A stretch of 63,747 nucleotides of DNA, filler included, from Atractiella rhizophila (Eukaryota): the NCBI GenBank assembly GCA_021432655.1. It is 3 parts of 3 records of this genome, joined end to end, with 100 filler letters (N's around TTAATTAATTAA, not from the genome) between each part and the next. Parts side by side here need not be neighbours in the genome. Positions count along the whole stretch, not along the records: positions 1 to 28,197 come from MU271735.1; 2 more parts are not named here. One strand, written 5' to 3'. Shown piece after piece: positions 12,434 to 24,621 of the stretch. Under the pieces are notes generated by a model. That model did not search any database, was not told the DNA's origin, and saw nothing but the letters and a program-made list of their open reading frames with translations. A program made the position numbers and the translations under genes. How positions within the stretch are numbered: position 1 is the stretch's first letter; the number at the start of each line of letters is the position of its first letter.

Positions 12434-12935
12434 AGAGGAGAGAAAAAAGGAACTGTTCAAGTTTACCACTTCGTTGCATTGCACCATTCTATTGTCCATC
12501 CAAACTGCTCGAAATAGTGAACAGTCCCATTTGGAAAGCTGTCCCCGTTGGTAATGCACGCCGACCTCACAAAGTGTCTTACCGTATCAGCAGTTCTCCG
12601 GGAGTATTATAGGTCACGAAATCCGATGGCATGCGAGTGGTGCCATATTGCTGCTGAGCAATCACTTCTCCTTTGCCAGTATAATTATAATAGTCCATCT
12701 TTCTTCGAAGTCGTCTACCGTCCAGCGCACTTGAGTCTGAAGCTGTAAGCAAGCGGAGCTGCTCTTGAGAGTAATCCCAAAATATCGGCATCCAATCGCC
12801 TGTGTTCTTTATCTCAGTTGGTGCAATCGCTTCGACGTCATTGGACGTCTCGCTAACCTCTCAAAAGGCAAGCTCTTTCTGATCTGTCACTCTAAGGGCA
12901 ATTCTCTGCTTTCAGCAACGCATCACCAAGAGTTT

Positions 12936-15719
12936 ATGCTCATCTTCAGGCACCTCAGCCGAACTGCCCTTTCCAAATCACCCACATCCCAAGCATCAAT
13001 CCTTCCTCAAAGTCATCACCTGTTCCAGAGGCTCCCATCCAACAACCTTAGTTACAGCTTCGGTTACAAAGCTCGAACTCTTTGTGTCACTGCCCCAGGA
13101 AGAATGTCACAACGCCAACACGTAGGGAAGGTCTCTGATCTCCAAGATGGGGAGATGTAGGTCATCTCGTTCAGATCCCACTTCACCAACTCTTCAGCCA
13201 GCTGCAGAAGCGTTTCTTGCTTAAATGCTCAGAGCCCTGATCTTGTTCTTTGTAAAGGAAATCAATTCCTTTCAATGGCGATGAAGAGAATCCTATCCTC
13301 CTCTCTAAGATAAAGGGAAGTTACTATGCGACAACCGCTAAGGTGCATGCCTTCCTTCATTTTACCCTCCCAACCTCTAGATCCGTACTAACATCGTAGG
13401 GTAAAGTGCACTCACTTTGGCGCTCCCCTCGTAAAAGGCGTTCTCGCTTGCTCTGGAACACTAGGTGCGTCTACCTCTTCTGTTTTCCAGCCTCGTGGAC
13501 TGACGATCCGACATGTAGTCTGTCCATGGCACGGCGCGAAATTCAATGTCTGTTCTGGTGACATTGAAGACGCACCAGGTGTCGGAAACCTGCACTCCTT
13601 CCGCGTTCGTGTTGCCTCCCTCTTAGCGTCCTATCCAGCTCGCTTACCCTTCTAAAGGTGGAGGTGTCCGGAGACGATGTTTACGTCCACGCAGACCCCA
13701 ACGTGGTAAAATCGAGAATTCGACAACCAAAGCTTCGCTCTTTGAGCAAAGGAGGCCACGGAGTAGTCATCATCGGCGCTGGTGCAGGAGGAGGTCATGC
13801 GATTGAAGGATTGAGAGAGGCGGGATACGAGGGCAAGATTACCATTATTGGACAGAAGGAGTGGCCCTCTATTGACAGGACGAAGATTTCGAAAGCTCTA
13901 ATTACCGATCCGGCAAAGATTATGCTGAGGAAGAACGATTTTCTGGAAGGCGAGTTAGGGGTTACGCTCAAGCTTGGAAAGGTTTGTTCTAGTTGTTGGT
14001 TCAAGGTCCCAAGAAAATATAATAATGACTTGTGCAGAAAGCAGATGCCATCGACTTTAAGTCGCAGGTGGTAAAAGTGGGAGGAGAGGAGGTCCCATAT
14101 GATAAGCTCATCGTCGCAACTGGAGGTACACCGAGGGTACGCATGCCATTCGATTCTGCCCCCCTTCTGAACTTGTTGTATGGTGAAATAGACCCTTCCT
14201 CTCCCCGGAGCTTCTCTCTCTAACATTCACGTCTTGCGCGACATCGACGACGCTGTTGCTATCACGAAGGGATTGCCAGCGGACGAGAAGGGGCCGAAGC
14301 CTAACTTGGTCATCGTCGTAAGATAACCTCAATCTCGCCTCGCTTCCCTTATTTAGTTGGAGCCCTGATCCTTGATTGATGACGGGCAGGGGAGCTCCTT
14401 CATCGGTATGGAGCTTGCAGTCGCTACGGCGCAGAAAGCAACTGTAAAGGTCATTGGCATGGAGAAAGCGCCATTTGAACGGGTTTGTCACCTTTATTAC
14501 ACCTCAATGATGAGGAACGAAATAATCTCTGCATAGATTTTGGGAGTTGAGGTCGGTAACGCGTTGAGAAAGGTACACTATTTTGGTGTTTTGGACTCAG
14601 TCCAGACAGAAGCTGATGGTTTTTTTTGTAGGTGCATGAAAGCAAAGGAACGAAATTCTTTATGGAAGCCGGCGTGGATAGGTTCGAAGCTAGTTTGTCC
14701 TTCACTCCTTTTCTATGAGCTGTACCCACTGAGTGGCACTATAGAACCGAACGACGCAACTAAAGTGGGAGCTGTCGTCCTAAAGTCAGGTGAAAAGATC
14801 GAGGCAGACATTGTCGTATTAGGTGTCGGAGTAGCGCCGGCAACTGAAGTGTTGAAGGCTTCTAGGACAAGTGGAGGCGACGGAATCAAGTTTCAGCAGG
14901 ACGGGAGTGTTGAAGTCAATGAGAAGCTGGAATTGGTGGGCGTGCAGAATGTATATGCGATTGGTATGTCGCTCTCCTTCCTTCCTTCCACTTCTCTAGG
15001 GGTTTCGAGGGCGATGGCTGATGCAAACGGAAAGGTGACATCGCGACATATCCTGATCCAGTCTCCGGCGAGTTGAATCGCATTGAGGTGTGTTCTTCCG
15101 CTGCATTAACGCTTTGAGCTTGAACTGGATGATGCAACAGCACTGGAATGTCGCCTCGAACATGGGACGCTGTGCAGCCTTCAACATCGCCAATCCCAGC
15201 GCGGGACAACGATTCGACAAAGTTCCGGTCTTCTGGTCAGCTCAAGGGCAGCAAGTCAGGTATGCCAACGGATCCAGTCTCGCGAAGAAGTTCGATGGAC
15301 TCTTTATCGACGGATCGCTTGTTAGTCCCCCTTTCGCTACCTCACACAGAAAGGATGACAAGTTGATTGCATTCTTTTTCGGCAAGGATGACATGAAATT
15401 CGCTGCTTGGTATACGAAAGGAGACGAAGTTGTTGCTCTCTGCACGGTTGGAAGGGATCCAATGGTGCGTTTGCAGCTTTATGACGGGGTATCAAGTAAA
15501 ATCTTCTCTAGGTATCCCAAGCGAGCGAGTTGTTCAAGTTGAGGAAGATGCCGAAAGCAAGCGAGGTTTGTATATTCCTCCATAATAACACGATCGCTAA
15601 TGTCTTCGCCTCATGTCCAGATCAAAAGCGGAAAGGCATGTGGTTCCTCTTTGATTGCTGATGCCATGAGACTAATACGATTGTTTCTACAGAATATAAT
15701 GGACATCAAACTGGAGTGA
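12936..15719 (+). CDS. AIF-like (AIFM3/Aif1-type) Rieske [2Fe-2S] plus FAD/NAD oxidoreductase, many short exons
   Basis: Rieske motifs CTHFGAPL and CPWHGAKF; VIIGAGAGG; IDRTKISKAL; YDKLIVATG; SFIGME; HWNVASNMGR; VPVFWSAQG. Confidence 0.92.
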
Positions 15720-15866
15720 AGTTCGTGAAGTTCAAGGAGAAAGTTGTCAAATTGTACTCAATAACAAACGCAATGCACAGGTTTTATCAACCTCGAATTC
15801 CGAAATGCTTCCTATTACATGACCAGTTATCCCCCGACTGCCGTAATGCGAAACCTGAGAGGAATA

Positions 15867-17224
15867 TTAAAGGCCAAGGTGTTGGTCAGAGTCCCCCAAC
15901 TCATGACCAAAACGATAATTGACTGTTCTTGCCTTCGTTTTGGAGGGAAAGAGGAGCTCGCCCTCTTCCTCTTTTGCTGCACCGATGAGAGCGAGGAGAG
16001 GGAGGGAAGGGGACTGGCTCCAGTCGAGAGAAAGTGCGAGAGTGGAGCGGGCATTGTTCGTGAAGTGGGTGATGAGGTTTGTAAGGTCTTGAGCTGGCGG
16101 AGTCTGCAGGGAGGGAGCGTTCCCGCTTGTCCCGATGAGGACAATACCTTGTGACCTATTGTTGGTTAGGAGAAGTCTTCAGCCTTGAGAGCAGAGTGAG
16201 GAACGAAGGACGAACCTGTATTGTGAAAGACATTCCCCCATCCGGAGGAGCGATTTAGGGTTGGTGTGAGGCGAGATAAAGGCATGGACTGTTGGAAGAT
16301 GGGGATGCTTTTTGTCATACGACAGAATATCCTCTATTGGCTTGGAACTGGATGCACGAGTGCCTTCAACGACATTTGTCAGACGTGGTTTAAACGGAAG
16401 AGAAAGCTGAAATGATCACTTTTGATGGTTGTGCTTGGGATGTTGCACTTTTGGAGCGTGTAGTAAACGTCTTCGGATTGCAAAGTGTTGGAGCCGAGAA
16501 CAGTTTCGTAGTTGCCTCCCCTGCAAACCAACGTTACCTCGCTGGGGTCGAGGAAAGGTGATGACGTACATCGCTGCAGAGTCCATCGCAACTTGAACAA
16601 CTTCTTGACCAGGGTTTGTACTACATCTCAACATTAATTGAGAACAAAATCGTTGCAGAAAAGACGCACTCCGCTAAATGGAGCGCAAGGATCCCATTCA
16701 GCCCATTCAAGCTACCAATCTCATCCCCAATCTTCTTCCAAGCAGCTTTATTCTCGTTCGACGGCACTTCCGCTTCCATCCACAAGTCACTTGCTTTCCC
16801 AAAAACCACAAAACGGAATGAAATGCTCACATGAGGTTATAAAATATAACGGCATCCGATGCTCCTTCTTCTGCGCCTCCTTTTTCGGACTTGTCAACAC
16901 CACCGCATCCTTCCCAAATATGGACTCCTCCTCTTTCTTCCCCACCCGTGGTGGTTTGATGGATACGAGCGAGTCGCCGCTTATGGCTGAGAGGGGATCA
17001 TGGTTTTCCACGATGGGGATTCTGTCCTGAAGACTTTCAAAGCCACACGGCGTCAGCACACCGTTTCTGTCATCTGGAACAGGACGAGGCACGCACCGTT
17101 TGGCAGCCAACCAAGTGGCGTCCTGTTTTGTGGTTCGTAGGGTAAATAGAGAGGGCAGGACAAAGGAGAGAGCTCCGAAGAGGAGACCAAGCAGGACGAG
17201 GCGTGAATCTATCCCAAATGCCAT
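15867..17224 (-). CDS. Hypothetical protein with N-terminal TM anchor and a distant LigB/DODA extradiol dioxygenase-like region
   Basis: Spliced ORF from MAFGIDSRLVLLGLLFGALSF to RMPLYFITS, then LPTVHAFISPHTNPKSLLRMGECLSQY|RSQGIVLIGTSG. The family call is a by-eye resemblance. Confidence 0.55.
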
Positions 17225-17449
17225 GGTCGTTTGGGAACAGGGAACAGAACATTGTGTGAAATCACGTGCTTCGCAACAACGCGTCGCGACGCCTTCGCTT
17301 CTGAGGAATAGGATTTTGGCGTAAGTTAGACGGTTCTTGGACCCAATCAGTATTGATCGATATTGCATTTCAGGCAGCTGATAACTCCCTGGACAGCTGG
17401 AAATGGACCGCCCCTAAGCCGCAAAAATGCGCGGTAATTGAAAGGAATT

Positions 17450-18630
17450 GGAAAGAACTCAACTCAATCTCCCTTTGTGCCTGTCAAACGACCCCCAGCG
17501 GCCGCCTTGTCACCAAAATCAGCACCTGAATCTGTCCAACTCTCAAAACGGGAGAGGTCGAGGAGAAAACACAGAGAGGGAAGCAAGTCTAGCGCGGTGC
17601 ATCCTAACTTCGAGGTGTAGGAGGCAGAGGCGGAGATGCGTGTCTAAAGCATCCTTGACATTGAGAGCTACGCGCGGTAGGTTGGAGTCTCGCTCCAGGG
17701 TGTGGAGGAGGGTTAGGAGAGAGAGGAGGCTTAAGCGGTCGGAGTTTATGAAGAGCTCCTCTATCTTTCGAGATAGCTTATCGCACAGCAGGAGGAGAGG
17801 GAGCGAGAGAAGCCGAAGTTTACCTTCGAGACCTCCATTGAGCCTGCCGTAGCAGAGCTCACACTTCAACTGCTTTGCGTGGTCTGCGAGCGCTGTCCGA
17901 TGCTCAACCCTGCACTCGAGCAGGTACATAACTCCTAAGAATACAGATCGTTACCTCTATCAGTAATTGCGCAGCGAGGTAGAGAAGTGTTCAAGCTATC
18001 AGAGGTGTAGGAAGGATATGGACTTGTCTATGGAAACTTGCTCGAGTACAACAAGGCTATCTACCCTCCTCTCCATCAGCTGTTATGACAAGTCTGCCTG
18101 CTTCCTAAGCTCGCGAAGGTGAGCGTGCTCCATCGCCATAGGGTTATACAGGAAGGCCAGCTTTCTCCGCCCAAGCCCCTCGCCTTTCTCCAGCAGCTTT
18201 AGGTACAGCTCCAACCACGCGCCTAGGAGTGTAAGAGGAAGGAGTCTGAGCATGACAAGGTGAAGGAAGGGGAAGGGTTACGAAGAGGACAACAACCAAA
18301 CTTACCACAGACTCAGGTATCGGGCTTATGAAGGTGAGCTTGAGGGCGAACTTAGACCTTTATCAAGCCAGAGTGGCACCTCTCTCTCTCTGGAGCTTTC
18401 CTGACCACCTACAGCTTGCTCCGAAACCAACCCCCTTTCGAGCGACGCATACGGTACAGCAGGTTCAACACGAGAGAAAAATCGGTGTTTGGTCTCTCAA
18501 GAGCTATGGGTTTTAACTACCAGCACCTTTACCGTGACGACCGGACTCTCCCTCCTTATGAACTTCGAAAATAGCAACCCCTCTAAACCAACCTGCTGGT
18601 TGCTAAACTGGGAGCGGAACTTGGGAAAGA
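17450..18630. other. Mirror-reversed block 3 (left flank of the 172-N gap) holding a ~300-aa hypothetical ORF; left edge approximate
   Basis: Right-to-left reading from ATG at 18319 stays open for about 290 codons (MDSDTIQTNNRRSIGKGKEVEQYESEEG...YRYLVRVEALESFVRLNSIVDYLSSHL...). Confidence 0.88.
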
Positions 18631-18802
18631 NNNNNNNNNNNNNNNNNNNNNNNNNNNNNNNNNNNNNNNNNNNNNNNNNNNNNNNNNNNNNNNNNNNNNN
18701 NNNNNNNNNNNNNNNNNNNNNNNNNNNNNNNNNNNNNNNNNNNNNNNNNNNNNNNNNNNNNNNNNNNNNNNNNNNNNNNNNNNNNNNNNNNNNNNNNNNN
18801 NN

Positions 18803-20315
18803 ATGCCCGCATACGACAGAACAGAAGACTTTGCCTCAACGTTCGACTACGGTAACCTACACCTTATCGTAATTCTTCGAGTAGTTCAAAACCCTCCGCA
18901 GTCGTTGTTGTTGTCCGAGTCGTCGTCGGTCTCTGTAGTCTCATATTCGGAGGTGCTGGCGGTGTGCTCATAGTCTCGAGCATAGGTGGAGGAGGTCCAG
19001 TTCCGCGAACCAGTGTACGGCTTCCTTTCGGTGGTGGCTTCCTGTCGATAGTTGGCTGTCCACGCGTACCACCTCGACGTCCCTGTCCTGTCGTCGGGGA
19101 AAGTTCCATGCGAAAAGAAAAGTAAGAGAATGACGACCCTTCACTTACACAAACACTAAACAAAACCTTCCAGTAAGCTGCGTACAACCCGGTCAAAGTG
19201 CTACGGAGTGGGCTCAGGTAGAGGTTCAGAAGGAGCATAATGTGGCCAGAAGCATTGCTTCGATAAGTGCTTAGAGTTGATTACAGAGTTACAAAGCTGC
19301 TACGCGTACGCCGTATACTCAGGCCACTACCTCGCTTCCGATTTCGCGAAGAGTCTTGTTCCAGTATTTGTAGTTCGCGCCGCTCTGCTTTAATTGTCGT
19401 CTCGAAGCCTGACCTATAAAGTGCTCTTGTTGTTCAGCAGTGGTGGACCTTGCTGTCTAGACGTACCGGAAAAGCAAGTCCTTCGTCACGTAATATGTCT
19501 CGACCGCCAATTCCTTCCCTTCCTCTTCCCGATGGGACTCTATGCTAACTAACAGCCATTCAGTTCAAGGAGGGAGGAAAGCCTAGGAGACTCGATTATT
19601 ACCGAAACATTTTGACGTCCGTTTCCGTAGGTGAGGGCGTTTAGTGCAGGTTTTCTAGTTTGGTCGGCACTACCTCGACTACGTTTTTCTCGCGAATGCA
19701 GGGATAGGTCTAGGAGTGTTACGCCCGCACCAGTAGCATGTTGAGCTGAGGCTGCGAGGTAGCTTGCTAAAGTGCACCCGCTCCCTGAACCTGTAACTGC
19801 CCGCCTTTAGCGCGCCAAGTTCTCCTGGTTTCGCCCTGCTACTCCTGACATGGTAGAGAACTAAGTAGTTAGCATTTCCAACTCATGGCGACTCAAAAAC
19901 TCGCTACGGAACCGCAGTCAAAACACTCAAATCAAGAACGGGAGAGGTGAGGTGAGGGGACCAAAGAAAAGCTCACGGAGCCATAAGACCTACAAACCAA
20001 GAGACTCAAAGCCACCATTACTACCTGCTATGCCCTCTAACAGTGAGAAAGAAATAAAGAAGCTAAGCCTGAACACAAAGACCAGAGAACCAAAGTACAA
20101 GGTTCAAGACATACCTTACGCGCGTATGTACCTTCTCGTAAAGAGCCAAGCAAGGAGAGATCAATGAAAGCCAATTACAACCGACTGACCATACTACTTC
20201 CTAATAAAACACAAGCAATAAGAAGCAACACAAGTATAGCAATATGTGATAGGTCTGGTCTGTTCTGGTCTGTTCTGTGTTTTGGTTAGTCTTAGGTTTA
20301 ATTAGTTTGGTTAGG
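18803..20315. other. Mirror-reversed block 4 (right flank of the 172-N gap); right edge at 20314 or 20317
   Basis: Complement-only reading shows canonical introns (GTATGC..TAG, GTACGC..AAG, GTAAGT..CTAAT..CAG) and a DUF1771/Smr protein. Confidence 0.93.
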
Positions 20316-20390
20316 AAGGCTTCTGGTAAGGACTCTTGGGACGTCGCCAGCTATCATGTGCTGTTTGTTTATCTGTTCGATGTTGACCAT
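18803..20390 (-). CDS. DUF1771 + Smr domain protein (Ypl199c-like). Starts at 20390 on the minus strand; the rest is the complement of 18803-19862
   Basis: MVNIEQINKQHMIAGDVPRVLTRS joins LRA|IKKLIK; LRNEAIHESQLMSQCFDDAHAAYESGDGAKAK; DLHGLFVQEA; IVG|KGIHS; HNAGVVIV; ends DDEDCTIS*. A few single-base indels are present. Confidence 0.88.
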
Positions 20391-22345
20391 CCTGCCGTCG
20401 TTGGCTACGTGTGCGAAAGAAGGACAGCTCGGCGGGTGTGGAGCAGAAGGTGAGGTCGTGGTTTGGAGACGGGAACAAAAGAATAAAGTCGGACCAGAAC
20501 CAGAGAGCGACCAGATCGCAAACCAAGCGATCGCTAGCTTTCTACTCCCTCTTCTTAAATAGCAGCCAATAAATAGTGCTCGGCCAGCAGTAGGACTCTC
20601 GTGAGCTGGATGGGAAAAATTCCAGCTGGAGAGACACGTGTGATTGCATTTGGCTCAAATTCGCTTACGTAGGGCTGGAAAACGTGGAGGAGCGGGGCTG
20701 TTGACGCACGGAAGTCTTAAGAGGCAAGGAAGTAAGCATGCTCATGTCACGATAATGTTCAGATAGGTCGTAGTGATGAGGGAAGAGAGAGCGAGGTTTC
20801 CTTGAGTATTTGCTCATTCCTCAAGATTAAGTCCTCCCTTCCAGAAAAATCCTACTTCTTAGCAGTTAAGCTGGCTGAGGACCTTTAATCGGTCACTTTA
20901 CTTCTAGAGCTGGGGGAAGTCCAGCTTATCTGGTCGGTATTCTCGCGACCTGCCGTTTAGCAAAGATTGGGAAGGAAAGGAAGTGGATGTAGCAACTTTC
21001 CACTTGATTCTCGCTTTTACCACCCTTCCATCTCATTTCTTTCACCCATGCGTGAATTGTATGTTCCCCAAGTCCGGAAACTGGTTAGGTGTGGCTATCC
21101 TTTATGTCGCCTCTTTGACTTTCCAAAAACCTCTTTACATCTGTTCATCATCTTTCCCCGAATAATCAAAGTCATCTGTATAACTGGCGCCTCAAGCTCT
21201 GGTATTTTTGCACTCAAGGTATTCGATCTATGAGATCAAAGCGGTTCTTGGTTCGCCGTCATGAAGTATTTGATCGATTGGATCAGGGGTTCTTTGAAAC
21301 TCAGCGTGGGCAGAGAATTACATTCCATCTGGTACCGAGGCTCATGAACAGTTCCCTTTAGCCAGGTTTATTTCTGGTCTCTCTCTCCCTCATCTGACTC
21401 CAAGTTATCGTATGGCCCAAAAAAAAGTTATCGAGCAAAGTATGGTGCTTGCTTTGATACGTCGATTGTGGTTTGTAAAACGTCTCCATTTCGGACCAGC
21501 ATCTATCCATTTTCACACATACTGGACTGAGCAAGCTTATTACATCTTGCCTATGCGGTGAACGTTGACGGCTTTCGTCTAATCAACCAAATCAGGAATT
21601 AAGGAGATTACATGCGCCTTCTGCGAGTGGAGAGTCCCTACAGAAGGTGGAATCACCAGATAGAGGAGAATTTGGGTGACAGGGACCGAGATAGATGGAC
21701 TCAAGACGTACCATTTGACAATGCAGATCAGCTATGTGCAATAGCAAGCAACTATCCCTATTACATCATAACGACATTGAACTCTCGGTGGAAAGTAATG
21801 GAGTAGTTAGTGCCCGCTCATCAAGGAAGAAATCAAGAGAAGAGAACCATAGCTACTAGACACGAGGCATCATTCTTCTTCCAGAAACTATGCAAAGTCG
21901 ACTGTCAGCATTCAGGCACACCTGAGGCGGCCTCCGGTGTACGATTTGATGCTTCTCCCCAAATCCCAACCAAATTGGAGAAATCACCCCGGAAATCAGA
22001 TATAAGCCCTTGCTTCGGCAGATTGCGACAATAACCCGAGCTGAATATGATTCATGATTGCGCTGGTCAAAGGTTCGCTCCATGAACCCGGTCAGACTTC
22101 TGGCTCTGGGATAAATGTAGAATTCTGAGAGTGGAGTTATAACCCGAACATATCGGGTCACTCAACAACTCGGTAAATTCCTTGTGCGATCACAGCTTAC
22201 ATAGTTCAGTAGCGTTGTGGAGAGTAGACGAACGGAGGAAAATTGATAGATCATGAGACGACCTTAATTGCATGGCATAACGAAATCGAAACAACAGAAT
22301 CTGCATATCTCCTCCTGGCTCAGCTAATCTCTCCCACGACTTCGT

Positions 22346-22631
22346 TCATCGGTTCTATAACGTAAGGCAATCTCAACAACCCATTCTGCCAACAAAGCAA
22401 GGGGACCACGGACCTTCACGAAACCGATGGCAGCAGACTTCTCCCGAAAACACTGTCTGCACAAGTCCAGACCATACTTCCTAACCAAACCAGCTTGATG
22501 CGAGCAAAGGCGGCATGCCCTGCTTCCCTTTCCGTACTTCCTAGGGCGGCTGAACCAAACCTATTCCCATGACATGCACCTCAGTGAACAATTAAGGCGG
22601 ATCATCGGAGGCTGACGCTTTGATGGGTCAT
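22346..22631 (-). CDS. RPS29: 40S ribosomal protein S29 (uS14), 3 coding exons
   Basis: [56 protein letters not shown]. Confidence 0.96.
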
Positions 22632-22864
22632 TCTGTGAGAAAATCAGTATCCCTGCTTGCATAAATAAAAGGGCGTACTTTGTAGAAGATAAAGAGAATA
22701 CTTAGCCCTGAACCGAAAGGAAGCGCCAAAGGTGGTGAAAGGTAGAAGTGGTGGCTTTTGTTTTTTTGGCGGGATCAAAGCTTACCATCCTTGCTGATTG
22801 GCTTCTTGATTTTCGACGACGGCTTTTACTTTCTTCTCCATCTTTTCCCTAAGGTAAAGGCAGG

Positions 22865-24075
22865 ATGGGTATGTATATTCCTGCTATTACAGACGTACGA
22901 TGCTAACAGAATGGTGAAGGTATCACTAGGGACTCTCGGTTCGTATTCACCTCAGATTGTTGGCTCGGTTCTGATGGTCAACCCCTTCCCTATTCAACCT
23001 CCCGTCCTCAAAATCTATTATATTTTAACGTGTCACTGTTTCTGTCGTGCTGCGATGCATCTCTATTGTAATTTGGGATAATCCTGCAGTCGTGAGTATT
23101 TCATTTGCTGGGAGCAAGTTGGGCGAGGCCGTCACATATGATGATCTTTACTTCTTCTCTCCCCGTCTTATCGACCTTGAGGAGACATTCAGAGAACTCC
23201 GGGCCGTCAAAAGCTCGGAGGTGGGACTTAGGTCCTATAAGCCAATTTTCTGGACTGATGTTCGACCTCGCCCACTTGCTCAAGTGACTGATGATGAGAG
23301 CATACATTGACGATCTGTTCATCGGATAGACAAGCGCTCCGCTTCTGGAGCTAAACGCCCTCAATATCGCAAGAAGCGAAAGTTCGAGCTGGGACGTCAA
23401 CCCGCTATGACCAAACTTGGAGCGAAGAGAATCCGAACTGTTCGCACTCGTGGTGGTAACACTAAGTACCGAGCACTTCGTCTCGAGTCCGGAAATTATG
23501 CTTGGGGATCTGAGAACGTGACGAAGAAGACGAGGATCATCGGTGTCGTTTACAACGCCTCCAACAACGAGTTGGTCAGGACCAACACCCTGGTCAAGGG
23601 TTCCATCATCCAGATCGACGCTGCTCCTTTCAAACAGTGGTACGAGAGCCACTATGCTGTTCCGGTCGTCAAGAAGGGTGCCAAGGTTCGTTTTCCTACA
23701 CTCAACCCCCCAAAAAATACAAATGTGGGATGTGGGATATAGGCAAAGGAGGCTGCCGATGCCGCCGCTGCTGAGGCTGACAAGAAGCGCTCGAATCATG
23801 CCACCCGTGAATTGGAGGCGAGGAAGAAGGAGGCGAAGATTGAGCCTGCGATTGAGGGTCAGTTCCAGGCTGGTCGTCTCTATGCTGCCATCAGCTCGAG
23901 ACCCGGGCAAAGCGGACGATGCGATGGTTATATTCTGGAGGTGCGTTTACCTCAAAGCTCCTCTTACACTCCCAATCTTCTGCTTCTGAGATGCTGATGA
24001 AATTGACTTTAGGGCAAGGAACTTGAGTTCTACCTCCGAAGGCTCCGAGCCACAAAATCGAAACACGCGGCCTAA
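22865..24075 (+). CDS. RPS8: 40S ribosomal protein S8 (eS8), multi-exon
   Basis: [66 protein letters not shown]. Confidence 0.97.
23133..23263 (+). ncRNA. Candidate intronic box C/D snoRNA in RPS8 intron 2
   Basis: Box C ATGATGA at 23138-23144 and box D CTGA at 23255-23258, enclosed by a long inverted repeat (gagcaagttgggcgagg at 23112 / cctcgcccacttgctc ending 23281), within a ~390-nt intron. Confidence 0.8.
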
Positions 24076-24621
24076 TCTTTGTGTGCTTCGTCTTCTCCCT
24101 TCCCCGTCGTTGTTTTTGGGGTTCACCCATCACCATGTCTCACTTATGCCTTTTCTCTCAATGCAAACTTCTATGATCCCATCTCAACTGGCCACGGGAG
24201 AGAAAGAATAACATGCTTGCATGAACGAGGAACCTGCTTTGCTACATATCGACGGTCATTAAGCGAAGATTACCCAGAGCAAAACAAGGGAACTATTTAA
24301 ATGTAGTTAGATAAGAAATCGTTCGAAACAACTTGGATCGTGAAGCTATAAAAGAGTAAATGATGTTGACATAATATCCATTCCCCTTCCTTGAGGATAT
24401 GGCGAAGACGATGCGCATTATGACACTTCCACAAAGAAACACTGACAGCTTCAGTCTCAACGACGACGACGAGAACAGTATAAAAACGAATCCCGAACCC
24501 AGAACTGATGTACTACTGTAGGCGAGGGTGGTTAACACAACAGCTCAAAGGTCCATAAAATATACCCATCCACCCTCCAAGTAAACAGATCAAGGAACAA
24601 ACCACCACTTGATTTCGACAC

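Noticed and set aside
17448..19238. Standard-frame ORFs listed inside mirror blocks 3 and 4 (likewise blocks 1, 2, 5 and 6)
   Set aside because: They are chance frames of reversed sequence; the coherent proteins appear only in the mirror reading.
22355..22413. Alternative acceptor giving a C-terminally extended RPS29
   Set aside because: It would need a 28-nt intron; the distal acceptor gives the canonical FVKNR* end.
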